Origin: Vicugna vicugna
Lineage: Eukaryota
DNA: 64,000 nucleotides
Direction: 5' to 3'
NCBI GenBank assembly: GCA_013265495.1
Contig: MU058667.1
Location: forward strand, 62,001-126,000
The notes below the pieces were generated by a model, which did not search any database, had not been told where the DNA came from, and saw nothing but the letters and a program-made list of their open reading frames with translations. This document shows positions 42,052 through 55,041 of this stretch, piece after piece (positions within the stretch are counted from its first letter, which is position 1; every line of letters begins with the position of its first letter). The position numbers and the translations under genes were made by a program.

Positions 42052-42139
42052 TTTTTTTAATGGAGGTACTGGGGATTGAATCCAGGACCTTGTGCGTGCT
42101 AAGCATACACTCTACCACGGAGTTGTACCCCACCCCCCA
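42052..42139 (-). mobile_element. tRNA-derived SINE (Vic-1-like), short tail
   Basis: Same tRNA-like head. Degenerate flanking duplication AAAGGCTGTAAGTTTGCCTT / AAAGGTTATAAGGTTTGCCTT. Confidence 0.8.
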
Positions 42140-45100
42140 AAAGGTTATAAGGTTTGCCTTGAGCTTGTAAGGAAGAATATACATCCTGGTCATAATAGAT
42201 AAGATTTCTGCTGAGGGCACTGGCATTGTGACAGAGTTTCAGAAGATACCTGGCAGAATCTCTCATTTGTGGTGGGTTATTTAAAATTACAACATACGCA
42301 CATAGTGCTTATGTACCTCACAATAAATAGTGTAAAAAATTTTTTAGAGAGTCATGAGAACTCACAGGGCATCCACACTACAATTTAGTGCAACAGACTA
42401 GAAGTTTACATAATTTCGCAGGTCATTTTCTAGGCAGTGATTTACCTAATGACACCCTAGTGGCCTAAAAGAGTTAATGCAGCTTTCAAAAATGCTTCCC
42501 ACTGGACTGCTGATGAGTAGCTTGAAGCAGGGAAACAATTTGATTAAAAAAAAAAACCTTTTTAGGCCTTTCTTTTCTTTTTCTTTTTTTGCTAAAACTT
42601 AATCAGGCAGAGATCAAGGGCTGGTGCTAACAACGTTAACCAGAGACTTCTAGAAGGCAAGTCTTTCACAAGAGGAAGGAGGACAGAGGTGGAAGAAATT
42701 GGGCAAAAAGCTCAAAAACTGGAGCTCTGACTATTTCCTGCCTAGCAGGCAAGCCCTGAGCCTAGTTACCCTTTGCTTGCTCTTTGAGGCAAGGCTGAGT
42801 TAGCAAGCTATAAATTCCACTCATCTAAGTGTGAGGAATGTGGAGATGAATGTGGGGAAGTCTTCGTTCCAGAGGAAAGGGCGTGAGAGTGGGCCAGCTG
42901 GAGATGGAAGACAGGACATACCCCAAGTGCGAGCCAAAAGAGATTTGAAATTAGAATCTGGGCTCAACCTGCATCTAGGTTTTAAGAACTCTGCTTGTAA
43001 GTGGATAGGGCTGTCAAGTAGTTGGAGGACATTTTGTAGAGACCTGAAGTGACACAGCATTGATTTGCCCAGAAAAATTAACAGCCTATTTATCTGATCA
43101 TTTGAGTCAATTTATCTTATTGGCAAGGAGGAGCATTTGTGCAGGGAACACTGACCTGCAGGGTGAAGGTAAAAAAGAGGAGAGGCCTGCAGAGGTGAGC
43201 AGGAGAAGGTCAACTGTGCAAAGAAGCTCATCTGGCTTTGCCATCAAAGGCAGCTTGATGGAGACGGCTTGTCTAAACAACTTGCCAAATTTCCCATGGG
43301 TTGTGGAGGACGGCCTCCCATAGAACTCATGGCCTGGGATCCAGGCCTGGCGCTTACTTTGGAACTTGTTGTGAAGGATCATTTTTATTGGGAAGTGTGG
43401 TTTGGAATGTAAAACTGTAGAGGATTCTGTCTATCTTTGAAAAATCAATGTTTGCTGGCACCAGCTAAGGCTCTCTGGGTTCTTGGATGTTTTACAACTG
43501 CCTCTTTCCTCACTGTGACTAGACTAGGTATAAACAACGACTATGTGGGAACTAAGAATTCAAGGATGATGACTCAGGGTGGCTCTGAGTGGAAGGACTT
43601 AAATGTATATTCTCTTAATGTGACCTCACCCAGTCATAGGGTGGGTGGATAGTAGAAAAAGTATTGCATTAAATGGCCATAAAGTGGGGACTCCAGGCTA
43701 ACTCTACCATTGATGTGTGAAGTGGAGCAAGCTATTTAATTAATTTCTTGTATCTCACTTCTTGTCCTTACCTTTAGTATTTTCTTTCCTCCCCAAAGGA
43801 GTTCTTATCAAAGTTAAATAAGTGACCATATGCCTTTGTTAAGAATGAAAATTGATTCAGCTGCATTACATGAAGAAGGCTTAAGGGTCTGGGTTTAAAT
43901 CCCAGTTCTATGACTTACCACCTGTATAACCTTCGATGTGCTTCTGAACTTGTCAGTGCCTTGATTTCCTGGTCCCTAAATATCTCTCTCAAACAGTTGT
44001 TGTGAAGATTGAATAATGTGTGTAAGGCATCTAGCTTACAGACGGGGCTTGCTAAATTATGCTGTTATGATTATGACTCCTACCAGTAAGAAACATGGTA
44101 AGTTCCTAGACTAGCACGTAAGCTGATATGTGGTAAGTATTGATGATGATTATTGTCATTAATGTTTCTATCAGATACGAAAAAAAATATTCAAAGGCAG
44201 AATTTCTCTGGCCTCTCTAGAGAATGGCTGAATAAAACAGAAGTAAATCCAATCTATGCTAAGCAACCTGGGCTTTATTGGCCTTAAATCTTTCCCTGCC
44301 ACCTCCCTAACTTCTGTTTCATGCGAGTTTTCATTTTACTCATATAGGAGCAATGAAGGGACTAAAACCACTCACAGTGTTTAATGCATAGGCAAAACCC
44401 AAACTGGGGATGGGCCCTGGATGTGACTTCTTAGCAATAGCTCAGCAACAACCACAGCCCCACAAGAGTGATGTCCTGCCAGAGGCCTCAAAGCCAGGCT
44501 GTATCCTTCCACCAACTCACCACAAGGGCCTGAACCGAAACAGTGGGGGAAAGAGAGCCCTGCTTTAAAAATTATAGGACAAAGACATGCAAGTCCAAAA
44601 TATTCATAGGCAGAATGCATGAAACAATCTTATAACACCCGTAACTGCTGAGAGAGAAGTAACTACACACCAAGACCGTTTATCTAGTGAAAACTTACTG
44701 TTGGGTAATAAAATAGGTTAAGCTTGCTGGAAAGCTAATAAAACACCTAGATACTCATTTTTCTAGCCCAAAGGCACATTCATGGTTACATCTAAAACTT
44801 TTTCCTGCCCATTTAATCTTTTTAGAGGCAGTTCTATTTTTGTGTTTAATGAGCTTCTGAAAACTTACATGAAAAGTTTAATGTATAAAAATCAAGCAAT
44901 AGCCTTGCATGCTATATGAGGAATTTTATCCCCAAGAACTAAAAAAAAAAAAAAGATAAAGTCCCTCGTATATATTAAAAATGTTTTAATCTTAGATTAA
45001 AAATAGAAACCTGAGTGTTACATATATATAGTGACTATTTTATATATTTTATACTATATATATGTGATTGTTTTAAATGGTCAAAACACAATTTAAACAT

Positions 45101-45493
45101 TAAATACAAACAACAAAATTTCCTTTCTAAAATAATTTCTTACCTCAAATTCTGCTCTTAGCCTATTTGAAATGACATTGTGAGGACATAAATATTGGTT
45201 TAAGGTTAGGAAGGAAGACTTCCTGATGGTAGTTTTTCACTGGCTTGGGCAGGGTATTTTGCAGCAGAATGAGGCTATTTAGTTTTCTGCCAAATTGTTA
45301 TCTTGGATTAAGATGGTAGAATGATTATACAAGTTAATCTTGTTTCTTCCACCCTCAGAAACCCTTAAAATAACATAAATGATAATGAAAAGGAATTAGG
45401 GTTGGTATATTTAACAAAAGATAGAAAGGAAGAAAGGAAGGAAGGAAAGAAAGACGAAAGAAAGGGAAAAGAAAGAAAGAAGAAAGAGAAAGT

Positions 45494-45602
45494 ACAGGAC
45501 ACCCAGTTCAATTTGGATTTCAGATAAACAGTGAATGATTTTTTTAGTATAAATGTGTCCCAAAAGCAATATTTTGGACTTTACTGTATTTTATCTGGCA
45601 GC
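45494..45602. mobile_element. MER53-like hAT fragment preceded by a (GAAA)n tract
   Basis: TACAGGACACCCAGTTCAATTTGGATTTCAGATAAACAG...GTATTTTATCTGGCA; purine tract at 45424-45491. Confidence 0.65.
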
Positions 45603-47489
45603 CATAAAAAGAATACATCTATCACATTATACCATTAGTGTATCAAAATTAGGAAGAATTTTTGGATTGCATCTGCCTGGATTTGTCCTACAAGTCTACT
45701 TCTAGGCATTTACCCAATAGAAATGAAAAGGTATATCCACAGATACACTTATATAAGGATTTCACAGCAACTTTATTTATAATAGTTAAAAATATAGAAA
45801 CAACCAAATTCTTATCGGCAGTATTATGGATAAACAATTTGCATTCCTGATGAGTTCCCAGGTTTTGTTGATGCGCTGGTTCAGGTACTACGCTTGGAGA
45901 ACTACTGTTGTAGAGAAACCTATAAAAAAATAGATTGGAGCAGAAAGAAAGATGAAAGATTAAAAGAAACTCTCAGCTCAGATTAAGGGTGGCTGTAAGT
46001 CAAGAATAGTAGGGGGACCCAAGATAACTAATTATCTGGATAATTAATTACGAGATCATTTGGATAATAAATTATCTGGATAATTAATGACAGACTTGCA
46101 TTCAGAGCAGCAAGGCCAGTCATGTCCCTGACCCCCACCCCCACCCCCATTGCCACCACCAGTGAGTTGCCAGCAGCAGCAACCTTAGCTCCTGGGTTAC
46201 AACCCCGATAGAATATCTCTCCAAACAATGTGAACTTCTGATCTGGGACAGGATGGTGACGTGTGGGGGTAGAAGGCTGAGAGAGAGAAAGCGAAACTTC
46301 CAAAATGGATTCGGAAGAAATTTTAAAAAAATTGTCATCTTTGCTTAGGGGAAAAATTCACTGATGTCGTCCCATGCCCACGGAAAGCCCTACTTGTCTG
46401 GCAGTGAGGGGAGGAGGTGGGGTGGAGAGGACAAGGGGTTTTAGCCTGCCTGCCTGCCCCCCAGCCAAGTCCCTGAAGTGGGATCTCTTGGTCAAGGCCC
46501 TGCCCACTTATATGAAGATCTCAGCCACCCTCTCTTCTAAGGGAGAGGCCTGCTGGGTGAAGTGAGCCCGAGCCGCTGCAGAGGGCGCGCACGCCAAGTG
46601 CCTAAAAGTCGTGCGCATGTGGACAGACCACTGGGGATGAGCAGGCATCTGAGGGCCACCAGCATCAAGACCAAGGAGCAAGAGGAACAAACTGACCAAA
46701 GGGAGCAAAGCTAACTTAGCGAGCAGAGGAGAACCTGGAAAAAACACTAACTTGTGTAACTAGGAGCTATTTGAGAGGCTACTACATGTATTTAAAATAT
46801 ATATATATATATGTATATATATTTATATACACACACACACACAAAATTACAGCCTAAGGCTGCCAAAGAAATGTAATAGAAGCGACGACCATGTGGCTTA
46901 GGACTGTCGCTTACTGTTTCTCTCTTGTTTTCTTTGTAAATAATAATGGCTAGATGTAATAAAGTAGGCACCAAAACTGCCAAATAGAAAAAAATGTGCC
47001 CCTGCCAAAGCCGAGCTGTGGGTTGGCAGGTGGTGCAGCCGTGGGAGACCTCAGATTGCTCATTAAACTCCAAGTGTAGGAAATTCCAGATTTGGTGTGG
47101 GAAAGGCATTTTAGGGGTGGCATGTGTAATGTGTGAAAATTGGGTTGTATGAAAGCTGAATATGTGAAAGTTAAGAACCATCTGTGTCCACATTCCACTG
47201 GGTTTTCCCCAGAGCTTAGTAATACAAATCTTTCAGCTTAAACTTGGGGTCACCATAAGAATAACTCATATCTGTATGTCACTTTGCCACTTAATAGTTT
47301 ACAAAACACATTTACTAATTACAATATTTAAGCCTTATCCTGAGAGGCAGCTAATATCCTATTTTACCCTTGAGGGATCAGCAGCCAGCAATTTGCGTCT
47401 TCCTTCCAGGAAATCTAGAAACTCGTCAGAAAGGCAATTGTGCAAATTGTTTCCCAAAGGATGATTTGCAGATTGTTGATCCCATAGGA

Positions 47490-47690
47490 TAGTGGTTCTC
47501 AGACTTCAGTGAGCAGCAGAACTGCCTGGATGGCTTGTAAAAAAAACACAGATTGCTGCCCTCTCCTTTTTCCTCCTCCTCCCCCTAACCCCAGCTTCTG
47601 AGTCAGTAGGTTAGGTGGAGCCTGGAAATTTGCATTTCTAACAAATTCCTAGTTGATACTGCACCAGGATCCAAACTTTGAGAACCACAA
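47490..47690. mobile_element. MER5A hAT-Charlie MITE
   Basis: TIRs AGTGGTTCTCAGACTT / ACTTTGAGAACCAC; internal TTTGCATTTCTAACAAATTCC. Confidence 0.85.
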
Positions 47691-49978
47691 CCATAAGATA
47701 TGCTCTGAAGAAAGGGTTCCATGGTCAGACTGAGAGATATTAACTGTATAATAGAATACAAAATAGCTTCTGCTCTATAAGGGAAAGAGGAGGAAAAATG
47801 AGAATAGTTATACTAAAATAACAGGATTGTGAATAATTTTTATTTTAAAAATCTTTCAAATGCCATGAGTATCTTGTCTTTTAAAGTAAAATTGAGGGGG
47901 ATGAAAAATAACTAAAATAAAAGTGTACCTACAGGTGTTAATGAAAAATACTTAATGATCTGGGGAAATATTAGTGATGTCTAATATGTTTTTAACCATA
48001 GACCTTAAAATAAATCTGTTTTTCCTATGTGCCAGAGAGAAAGATATATACGTACATACACACACAGAGAGAGAGAGAGAACTACCCCTGAGTTTTTACA
48101 GTGGTTATCTTTGGATTTTGAGCTTACACATAATTTTTAGTTTCTCCTTTGTGCTTTCTACAGGATGCACATATTATTTACACAGCCAGGAAAATAAACC
48201 TGTACTTTTTAAAAAGGTGCTTAGTGTCTGCAGGAATCTCAATTTTTAAAAAAATCCCCGTGCTGTTTTGTTTTTTCTTTAAGATCACCTTTAAAATTCC
48301 ACCTTTTTTGTTTAACCAGTCTCTCTGATAGAAGTACACATTGCTTGTAACATAATTCATACAAAAGGCAATTTGGGGGCTATTTACTAGCGCAAAAAAG
48401 GGATTATACCATTAAATCAACTTGGATCAAATTACCACATTTCATTGCATTGCGTATGGGCTGTAATTAAGGCAAGTCTAAACTAGACTGATCTTTTTTC
48501 TTTCCAGCTTCTCATAACAATCTAATTTCATCTTGCCTACTTATGTAGTTTACTTAACTGTATTCTTATGTGTTTTACCCAACTAACTATATTTGAAAAC
48601 TGCTCCAGAGTTACAGGCCAGCCTCTGACATTTATACATAACAATAAATGTCTTGTTAATTTCAGAAAAAGAATGATATACCTGTGCTTACTGGGATATG
48701 TTTATTGCAACAACCACACACTGGACAAGTGGGCTCCCATCGTACAAGTTCATACTGTACGAGTTTCGCCATAGGCAAAGTACTCCCCCTAGAGAAAAAA
48801 ATGAATCAATAGTTTAAATAGCTGAATTTTAGAAGTTCATTCACTGAATTTTTAAAACATTTCCCAGATAGACTCAATACAATTTTTTTTTGCAATAGGT
48901 AGCTTAAATCTGACTAGGACCATTTAAAATAACCCCAAATCATTCTTATTCTGGAACATGTTCATCACAATGTAATATGCTCAAGAAAACTGAGTTAATA
49001 ATGCATTTGTTGTTTACCTGTTAAGTGCCCAATTCTGTAAGGTCTACAAAAAGTGTCCTGCCATGAAAGAGCTTCTTTCTAAATTGGTAGAGAGAAAATT
49101 TACACATATAAAACAAATGAAGGACAGTAAAAACGGGTGGCTCAGTGAAGTTAGTCCACTAACCAAGAGCAGGAGCTATATTTGCATCATCTTTAAAGCT
49201 CTCTAAACACTACTCTAACAGATCAGTGGCAGTTCAGGCTATTTAGCAGTATAGCAATTCCTCAAGGATTTTTAAACTGACTAAACTGAGTTCTTGCTCT
49301 GGGAAATCTTCAGTGAGGAGGCGTTTCTCTTTTTCCCTCCTTTCTCCTACTGCCTTCAGTACATTTATTGTCCCACTACAAGCTAGTGAGGGAAATAGAC
49401 AAGGGGGAGCTTTTCCTCTTGGGGAAGTATGGCACCTTGGATGCTCTTGGCTGCAATTAAGAGTAAAGCCCACTCACATGGACATAATAAAAACAAAAAT
49501 CACCTATCTCAGAGGATAAGAAGCACAGAATGAGGACGGGTTCCAGGTGTATCAGGAGTAGAGGCTCCTGTCAAAGCACCAGGCTTCTTATCTGCACCTG
49601 TCCGTCTCCGTCCTCAGGATGGTAGGAAAATGGCTGCTGCAGTTCCAGGAGGCGTTCCCAGATGTGGACAGAGCCTGGAGCAGGGCTGGGCAAACTACAG
49701 CCACCACCTGATTCTGTAAATGAAGTTTTATTGGGAAACATCCTGCTGAGTTCCTTTATGTATTGTCTGTGGCTGCTTTCACATTAGAACAGAATTGATG
49801 CACCAGAAAGTTTGAAAAGTTTTCACAAAGCCAGCCAAACCAAGAGACAGCGGGACCACTGCTGCTCCTTGTTCGCAGTATCCGCGCCTGTCTCTAATGA
49901 TCCATCCATCTGTCCACCCACCCATTGATCCATACTTTCAGAAACATTTATTGGATACTGTCTGTCTCTGCATGGCTT

Positions 49979-50116
49979 ATTTTATTTTATTTTATCTGGG
50001 GGGGAGGGGTAATTAGGTTTATTTATTTTTATTTATTTTTAGAGGGGGTACTGGGGATTGAACTCAGAACCTCCTGCACGTTAAGCATGCGCTCTGCCAC
50101 TTGAGCTATACCCTCC
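49979..50116 (-). mobile_element. tRNA-derived SINE (Vic-1-like), full length
   Basis: tRNA-like head and AAATAAACCTAATTACCCCTCCCCCCC tail. Perfect 13-bp TSD CTCTGCATGGCTT at 49966-49978 and 50117-50129. Confidence 0.88.
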
Positions 50117-50944
50117 CTCTGCATGGCTTCTTTTAAACACACATACGCACACACACACACACACACACGCATGTGGCAATATTTTAAGAGACAGAAAGAT
50201 TCCAGACACCTTCTTCTTAGAAACTTGTTTCTGACCTGCTTGATTCTGAACATTTCTAAACCCTTGTACCTTGTTGCTCCCAATTCCTGGACTAATCATT
50301 CTCTGTCTTCTCCCCACCTCCTTCAGGCTTAGAGTGTCTTCTTCACGGGACTCCCTTGCACACTGAGTCTGATTCTTTAATAAGCTGAGACTGTGAGAGT
50401 GCAAGGTGGGGATAAGAGAGGACAGGAACACGGAACGGCATCTGCTGAGGGTCTCATTGTGCAGGACATCCTACGTGCTTCTTATCTTCAATTCTGAAGT
50501 CTGAGCAGGCAGGTATGAGGAACCTTGGCAAGCAGCGGAGGAAGGGAACGCAGAAGCACACTTTCATTAATAGTTACTGGGGAGAGTTTGTTGCTCCAAT
50601 TTGTTTAACAATTACCTGGGATCTTTTCATACTCAGGCTCCTGCTAAACTAGATATTCTTTTTAGTCCTTCCCTTTCCTAGCCTTTCTGAGGCCTTGGAA
50701 ACTTAAAATTAGAGTGAAACTAAAGATGGCACTGAAAAATATTCCATTCTACATGACTTGTTCTTGAGAGGAGCTTGTGCAAAAATGTTAACAATGCTGA
50801 TCACAAAGGGAACGATATCAATTTTCTGTGAAATGAAATGTGAAGAGAACCATCATTTATTGAGTATCTACTATGTGATTTGCACATTAATCTCATCTCA
50901 TATTCACGATCAGCCTGGGATATATTAAGATTACTTAGAGTTAG

Positions 50945-51680
50945 ATATGGCTGCAAAATGCATAAAATCTGACCAGAGTGGTTTAACAAGTTAAGGGTTT
51001 AGCAGTCTAGTAATTGGTGCTGGCATTGATTCCGTGTCTCAGTGATGACATCAAGGAACTAGTCTCTTTTTTTACGCATTAGTCTCCTTAGCAAGTTGGC
51101 ATTTAGTCTTATGCTTGTCTCATGATTGCAAGCTGGCTGCATCAACTCCAGATATCACATCCTCATTCAAGGTAGAATTAAGAGGGAAGTCGAGGCCAGC
51201 CACGTTAGTCCCCATTTTATCAGGAAAGCAAACACTTTTCCAAAACCCTCCTCATCAGACTTCTAGTTAGTTATCATTGGCCAGAACTAGATCAGATGGA
51301 TACTTTTAGTAGCAAAAAGTGGAGAAAGTAGGAGCTAGGTGGTCAGGGTGGCCCTCGACTAGGGATGGGCAAATAGCAACCACACCTGGACCACAGCCTG
51401 TTTTTGTAAATAAAGTTTTGTTGTGACATATGCACACTCATTCATTTAGGTATTATCATGCCGTTTTCAACGGCAGAGTTTTCACAGAGACTCGATGGTC
51501 TGCAAAGTCTAGAATTTTGCTTTCTGGCTTTTTACAGAAAAGTTTGCTGACTCTTGCCTTAGACCACTCGTGAGCCATCACCTAGTTTAGTTGCTTTCCT
51601 CCCCCAAACAAAACTGGGAGAGCTTCTGAGAGCAAAAAGAAGGGCCACTGTCACTGGCTAGGCCACCAACAGTATCTGCC
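50945..51680 (-). mobile_element. MLT1J/K-like LTR with a nested MER58A-like element (~51360-51560); repeated in the second duplicated copy
   Basis: GCTGGCTGCATCAACTCCAGATATCACATCC...TCATTGGCCAGAACTAGATCA; nested CCTGTTTTTGTAAATAAAGTTTT...TTTACAGAAAAGTTTGCTGAC. Confidence 0.65.
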
Positions 51681-53589
51681 ACACACAGCTATTGTTAACC
51701 TGTTTTCAGTGAGGAGTCTGAGGCTCAGAAAGGTTCAGTAAGCTGCCAGGGACACAAGCCGAATGAGTACAGCCCGAAGTTCAAGCTCAGGGCTCTCTGA
51801 CTTCGTGTCCATTTGACCCTATCATATTTTTCTGAGTTTTCTCATCTGGGAAGGAGCTGTGAGATATCCACCTGTCATTCAACTCAGCCCTTAAGTGAGG
51901 GCTACAGAAGGACAGAGAGCCAATGGATCGATTTTGGTAGGTTCACAAGATAGTGAAGCATTTACTTTTAAATTCTATTTCGGCGTTCATTTCCCACCTT
52001 GTTCTCTCTCCACTACATATACACACGGGCTAGTAGACCCTCATCTACTTTAAGAAAGGTTTTTTTGTCTCATCTTTTCTCCCCAGCACTTCACATAGCA
52101 CCTAACACATAATAAGGACTCAGTGAAATTCAGTTGTACTCCCGACTCCGCTACTGTCTCATAACAAGTGAACAAATCCCGCTCACGTGTGCATGTATTA
52201 CCTCCCCAGTGAGCCTGTGAATTACATCAGTGGATACCCACTCTGCACTCAGCATATGCAGAATGACTGAAGGACATCTCTCACCCCAGCACCAGCTCCG
52301 TTTCCTTGGAACAGAAAATGATCACAATCGTAGTGTTTAAGGGCCCCCTGGATCACCTCTGGTCTGGCTGGTCAGTCTCATCTCTGGGTGATGGATCTCA
52401 GACCTCAACCTCGGGCAGTTTCTGACCCTTCATTTCCTCTGCAGCCTTCAAACGACAGCACAAGGGTTAAGAGAGCTGACAACAGCGTGCAGGACAAATT
52501 AAAGGGCAAAGTTTTGAAACGAAGAAGAAGAAGGCTTTGGCAAATCTATTTTTCTTCTTTGTCCTCTCTCCCTTCTTCATAACTCAATCCAAGGGGAACA
52601 GGAAGAAACCACTTCCTCTCTCCCTGTCTTCCTTTCCAGATGTCGTAGGCTTCCTCAAATGCTCCCTCTCTCTCTGGCCCGCAGGTCTTAGCTACTTCCT
52701 TAGCCTGGAAGATGCTTCTTCCCCATCCTTACTCACCTTCATCAGGCCAACTCCTCTTCTAAAGTTTTACCTTAGAATCCACTTTCCTCCAAGGAGCCCT
52801 GCCCGGTGTTGGAAGATGTGGCTGATATCACAGGCCTACCATCCTGTATCCTGGGCCTAATTGTCTGGCTGACAGGTTACCTCTTGCATGGGTCTGTGAG
52901 TAAAACCTCTGAGGAGCCACATCTGGCTCATCCTACGAGCTCAATTAGTTACTGGCCAGTGAAAGAATGAGAGCAGGAGGAAGAATTCTGAAGGCCCCTA
53001 ACCCTTCCCACGGGTCAGGCCAGGGAATTCCTACCCGTGTTTGATTCCCTCTTCCCCGGAGGTTTCTGTTTGCTGCTCAGACTTTGGAAGCTGTTAACCA
53101 GGACTAACGTCTTTGTTTGGAGATCTTATCTGCCTCCTTCACCACCGGGCATCGTTTTCCTCTGCCCCTCCAGCCAGGCATTCCTCCACAGCCAGAGAGG
53201 CCCACTGGTATGTGGTGGAGCCAGGCGCCCTGGACAGGGTGCAAAAGCTACAGTGTAATCTCGCCTTCTCTCAGGGCCACTGACCAGAGGAGACAAAAAC
53301 AGCCCCGACTGGGCTCTCCTGACGAGAACCAGCCAGTGGCACTGAAGTTTCCTTCTGTGTTTAAAATTCCTTATCTGGCATTGCTGGCAAGTCAGCAGGC
53401 CCACAGGTCAATGGAGGCTTATCTCCAGCGCTGGCTCTTCAAAGAGATACAAGCACACCACTCCCCTGGGTCAGATAGCTGTGCCAGTGAGAGACGGGAG
53501 TAATTGGGATCAGCCAATTCAACATGTGTAACGCAACCCATGAACTGGTTTTCAGAAACAAAGGTTTTTCAGGGTTTTTTTTTTAACCA

Positions 53590-54530
53590 TTATAAATCAG
53601 TGCTCATTATAAAAAAATTTGGCAAATCACAAAGTGTGCAAAGAAAATTGCTTAACAATTTAGGATTTTTGATATGTTTCTCTTTAGTCTTTCACTAGGT
53701 TATTTCTTTAATAGTTGTCATCATATACATTCTGTAATAAATATAAAAATTTATATTCTGGCTTTTTTTTTTACAGTTAAATAGGAATATTTCCCCAACT
53801 TTTTACATAATTGGGTATGAAGTCTTAATGGCTACCTCATGTGTATTTATTGAGTGATTTATTTTCCTATTTCCTCATTGTTAGCTATTTAGATGATTTC
53901 CAATATTTTTTATCTGAATTGTTATGAATGTCATTGAACATAAAACCTTTTTTAAATTTACACTTATTTTCTTAGACTGGATTCCCAGGAAAGGAATCAA
54001 ATAACATGAATATTTAAGGTTCTTGTTTTATCTTGAAAGACAGTTTGACAGAAAGGCACTCCTAATTTATGCCTCTAACAGCAATGTTTGAAAATGTCGG
54101 TTTATTACCTCCTAGCCAAGACTAGATAGCATCTTCAATGTTGTATCTTTTTTTTATTTGATAGGGGAAAAAAAAATTCATCGTGGGTTTAACTTGCATT
54201 TCTTTCATTACTAATGAGGTTAAACATGTTTTCTCAAGTAAATGTTTCTTTTTTGGGCCATAATTTATGTCCTTTTTCTGCCTCTCTATTTGGCCCTGTA
54301 CTGTTTTTCTTATTAACTTTCATGTGAATTAATTCTTATCTTCCATATACACTGTGAATATTTTCTTCCTATTTGTTGCTTTCTGTTTGATTTTGATTTG
54401 TCAGGTGTATAAAAAATTATTTTTTGTACTTTGAGGTATACCTTTTTAACATTGTGTTATCCTCTGTTGCTTTTAAATAGTCTATCTCCTACATATTTGA
54501 TAATTATTCTTTATTTGCTTTGACTATGAT
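53590..54530 (-). mobile_element. Old L1ME-like fragment (also in the second duplicated copy)
   Basis: T-rich; TTTAACTTGCATTTCTTTCATTACTAATGAGGTTAAACATG. Confidence 0.6.
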
Positions 54531-54875
54531 AGATAGTTTATTATGTTTGTCTGGCTTATGAGGGCAGTGATTAAGAACCCAAAATTCAGAGTTAGATTGC
54601 GTAAGTTCAAATACCATCTCTACCATCCATCAGCTCTATAATGTGGGACAAGTATCCTGATTTTCCCATCTGCAAATGGGAACACTCATGTACAGGCACC
54701 ACAAACAATTGTTGTGATGATTGAATCAGCTAATATATGTAAAGCACTTAGAACTGTTCTTAGAGACTTACAGTAAGTGCTATAAAAGTGTTGGCTATTA
54801 GGATTTAACTAGTGGGGACTTATATTGATTTAAAATCTGAGAAAGCTAAGTTCTATTTTGCTATCTTAAAAAAAA

Positions 54876-55041
54876 NNNNNNNNNNNNNNNNNNNNNNNNN
54901 NNNNNNNNNNNNNNNNNNNNNNNNNNNNNNNNNNNNNNNNNNNNNNNNNNNNNNNNNNNNNNNNNNNNNNNNNNNNNNNNNNNNNNNNNNNNNNNNNNNN
55001 NNNNNNNNNNNNNNNNNNNNNNNNNNNNNNNNNNNNNNNNN
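54876..55041. other. Assembly gap (166 N)
   Basis: Run of n. Confidence 1.

Noticed and set aside
42450..42465. Reverse-orientation CTCF site that would close a loop around FZD4
   Set aside because: GGCCACTAGGGTGTCA fits the core only with an extra base or two key mismatches.
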